Source of the DNA: Blasia pusilla
Lineage: Eukaryota
Reading direction: 5' to 3'
DNA length: 64,000 nt
Assembly (NCBI GenBank): GCA_050084515.1
Contig: CM114271.1
Location: 44,020,001 to 44,084,000, forward strand
Both the position numbers and the translations under genes were made by a program. Positions 61,001 through 64,000 of this stretch are shown piece by piece. The notes under the pieces are model-generated. The model did not search any database. It was not told the origin of the DNA and saw only the letters and a program-made list of their open reading frames with translations. Every line of letters starts with the position of its first letter. Position 1 is the first letter of the stretch.

Positions 61001-63024
61001 CTCGATTGTTGTTGGTAGTACTCAGTGGCCTTAAGTCACAAAAATTGACGGTCTTCAGTGCTTACGGTCCAATCAACAACGATGAAGAACGCGGTCGACG
61101 ACTGCCAACAAACGGAGCAAGGAAGGCTCGAATGGAGGGTGAAAGTCAATAGTGCTTACAATATATTTCATGTGGGTAAATTTTTTATCTATTTTAATCT
61201 TATTCAAAAATTCAAATTTTTTTGTTTTTTCTCACTCCAATGATTCCTTAAACTAAGGGTCAACTCACTAAAATTACTCATATTTTGCCTATATTCCACT
61301 AAGCCCCATAAATATTGGATCAACACCCACTAAATAAAATTTCCACTCAATTTAACCTCAAGATCCTAAGTTTCACTTGTCCTTTCCTCAACAATAAAAT
61401 ATTTTTTAATTTTTTTATCTCAAATAAGAAGTTACCAAGAATTTTTGAAATTTGCTCTTTCCTCACGCAACGGCTTATTGAAGATTGAGTTACAGTCAAG
61501 CTCATGAGACACTTGAACTGCTACATTTGGTACTCATACAAAATAGGGAAGCTTAATCTTGGTTAGTCAGTTAGGCGGGATTATATTAATTAGGGTTAGT
61601 TAATCATAGTTAGTCTAACTCGAGACTATGGTTAAGGTTAGGGTTAGGGTTACTTGTACATTCCCTATATAATTGAGAAGGGGACCAACCTCCACTCATT
61701 CTCTCATTGCAAATTTCGTTCGCCATGGTGGTGTGTGAGTGTGAGAGCCGTTTCCCACCAGTTATGCTTCTTTCGTAGTTTTCCACATGGCTATGGTAGC
61801 CCACAAAAATTGTCACAACTTCGCGCTCAAATTTTGAAATTACACACCGTTTCTCAAGAACGCGCACGGCTTCTTGATCTATAACAGCATCAAATTGGTT
61901 TCTTCTTTTGACCTTTCAAAAAAAATAGACATGGACTGTTGTGCAGCCCATAGTCTCTTCTCATGGTGGATATGGCAGCTCCACGGAAATGGTTATAACT
62001 TTGTGCTTAAATGTTGAACTTGCGCACCATTTCTTCCATAGCGTGAAAAAATTCCTGCTCTATGACAGACTTAAAAAAATTCTTCATTCATCCTTCCATC
62101 AAAAACTGAAAATGATTGTCGTGTAGCTCGTGGTCTCTTTATCCTATAAAACATTTGGCAGCGCTTCTGTCCTGATTACTCCCAAGGAAAACATGAAACC
62201 TGTAAAAACAGCAACTTGAGAGCTACATTGTACTCTCGAGAGCACTAGAATGGAGCAACCCTCTCCCATACTCAATTTTTAACAAAAATTGGGCAGCGCT
62301 TCCGCACGCCACTCTCCCACACGAAAAATCGGTAAAGCAAATCACAAACACAAGCAGCTCTTGCTCCGGTGAGCACTCCTATGAGCACTCCTATGAGCCT
62401 CTAAATAGGAAACACGGTCCCCAACCTACACAACAGCAAATAACCAGTGAGCTCTTCCATAGTAGCTCTCTCAATCACTCTTTCTCTCTTTGTAAATCAA
62501 GTGGAACTCACTCACAACAAGATCTCACAAATGTGCACACTCCATCTCTCTGTCTCTCTCTCATGTCAAACCAAACCCACTCTCCTAATAAGAGGCTTGG
62601 GTTACACACACAAGGCAAGGAGAACCATAGCTCCGCCGCATCATGCCAAGAGGTTCAACAAAGAGAGAACAAGCTCTCAAGCTCTCTCTCTCTCTCTCTC
62701 TCTTGGAGGTATACCCCCTTCCCTCTCCCAAGCTCTCTCCACAATAACTTATGCTCTCAGGTCATCTCGTTGGCTCTTGACCTGCTGTAGCGATTCAAGG
62801 TCTAGTTTCCAAATTAGAAAGACAATTATACAAAAAAATGGTAACTTACCCGAAATAGTAAGTTCCTCAATATGGCTCCAAATGAGCCGAAACGAAGGGG
62901 AAACCTGCTCTCTCAAGTTACCTGTGGCCTCATAAAGGTCTTCCTCGACCTCTTGAGGGTTTTCCTCCAGTATCTCCAAAGGTGATCTACTAAATCTCAT
63001 CAATCTATCCTAACAGACATGATA
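58046..63024 (-). mobile_element. 5' portion of another subfamily-2 copy: A1 (about 62494-63024), ~2.2-kb leader and decayed gag
   Basis: The minus strand starts TATCATGTCTGTTAGGATAG (A start). A is followed directly by the leader, with no B. Gag relic (MAAQIQQLQQQIAAMALQL, knuckles) at 58046 to about 60200. Confidence 0.82.
59676..59997 (+). mobile_element. hAT-type MITE, copy 3
   Basis: CAAGGTTGCA...TGCAACCATG; TSD GGCATGAG/GGCATGAT. Confidence 0.9.
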
Positions 63025-63789
63025 TAGTAGATAACAACGATAGTGAGATTACTTGATGTCGGGCTTGTGGCATCCACTTCATATGGAGTGGCGAGGGATA
63101 TAGAGGATCCCAACTCGACTATTCATCACTCCACTTGCAGTAGTGGTCTCTTTTTAAATCATAAAGCATCAAATCTCTCATACAAATCCATGTCTTTCTC
63201 ATGTCAAACCAAACTCGCTCTCCTAGTGGGAGGCTTGGATTAGTCACAAGGCAAGAAGGACCATAGTTCTGCCACCTCATGAAAGAAGGTTCAAAAAAGA
63301 GAGAACCGTCTCTCAAGCTCACTTTCCTGAGGTATATCCCTTCCCTCCATATCGTGACCCTCATAACCAAATGCACGCCAACGCAAAACATTTGAACGCT
63401 TGTGGGCTCACACTAGGCTGGAAGTGCGTCGGAGTCTTACAAGTGAGACATGAGCCTTGATGGGTGCCTCAAATGATGAATGTCATGATCTACCAAAAAA
63501 AGACCAGACGTAAAACAAGACTTGAGAAAAGCTCAAATCCCGCAAGAGTTGGGTGCCAAGAGGACTGCAACATGGCTTGGAACTTGAGTTTTTGAGGATT
63601 CTCCATGTTTGAAATCATAATGACTAGACCCAAGATGTATTTGGGATGAATAAGGTGGCGTTGGAAAGCTTGTAGGAAAATAATTGTAACGCACTACAAA
63701 TCCAAAAAGAAAATACATAAGTAGAAATCTAGAAACCATCCCAAAGATATCAGAATGATAGTTGGGTTGAGGGTGTGCAGGCTATGAGC

Positions 63790-63916
63790 CTTTTTCTAGC
63801 CCATGGTCGCCCAATGGGAGCCCAGTCCGCCCTCCAGGCTTGCCTCCAGGGTGCGGATCGCGGATTGCGGATACCCGATCTCGCACGGACATAGACTTTG
63901 TCCATGTCCAACCTTG
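63790..63916 (-). mobile_element. Isolated left-end fragment of the same hAT/MITE family
   Basis: The minus strand reads CAAGGTTGGACATGGACAAAGTCTATGTCCGTG, matching the MITE left end. The inner boundary is approximate. Confidence 0.6.
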
Positions 63917-64000
63917 CTAAAAATAGGAAAGGGTTTGGAATCTCTAACACTATATATAAGAATTTAAAGCAAAGCCTCATAATAGAATGATAAATTGTTT

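Noticed and set aside
47834-63916. One 16-kb hAT element bounded by the inverted CAAGGTTG ends
   Set aside because: Both are left-type ends and the flanking 8-mers do not match, so a single element is unsupported.

Overview
Eukaryotic, almost entirely transposon-derived window, most likely from a land plant; the species cannot be determined from the sequence alone. It is dominated by one Ty3/Gypsy-type retrotransposon family with two near-complete copies (8597-18368 and 51560-58045) and at least five partial copies. The family has two unusual properties. First, its polyprotein has the order gag - protease - DNMT3/DRM-like C5 cytosine methyltransferase - RT - RNase H - DDE integrase - PHD finger. 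Second, it has split direct repeats (A ... PPT-B-A-B) instead of two ordinary LTRs. That layout is known from tyrosine-recombinase retroelements, yet these copies carry a DDE integrase, TGTC...GACA ends and a target-site duplication. The window also contains a second Gypsy-like LTR with a gag relic, a complete degenerate Copia element nested in a hAT transposase pseudogene, a hAT MITE family with 8-bp TSDs, a ~180-bp tandem array, an array of 29-bp palindromes, (CT)n tracts, a RING-like ORF and one probable small host gene near 42.3 kb. All transposon ORFs carry stops or frameshifts, some of which may be sequencing indels. Coordinates were read by eye and may be off by a few bases.
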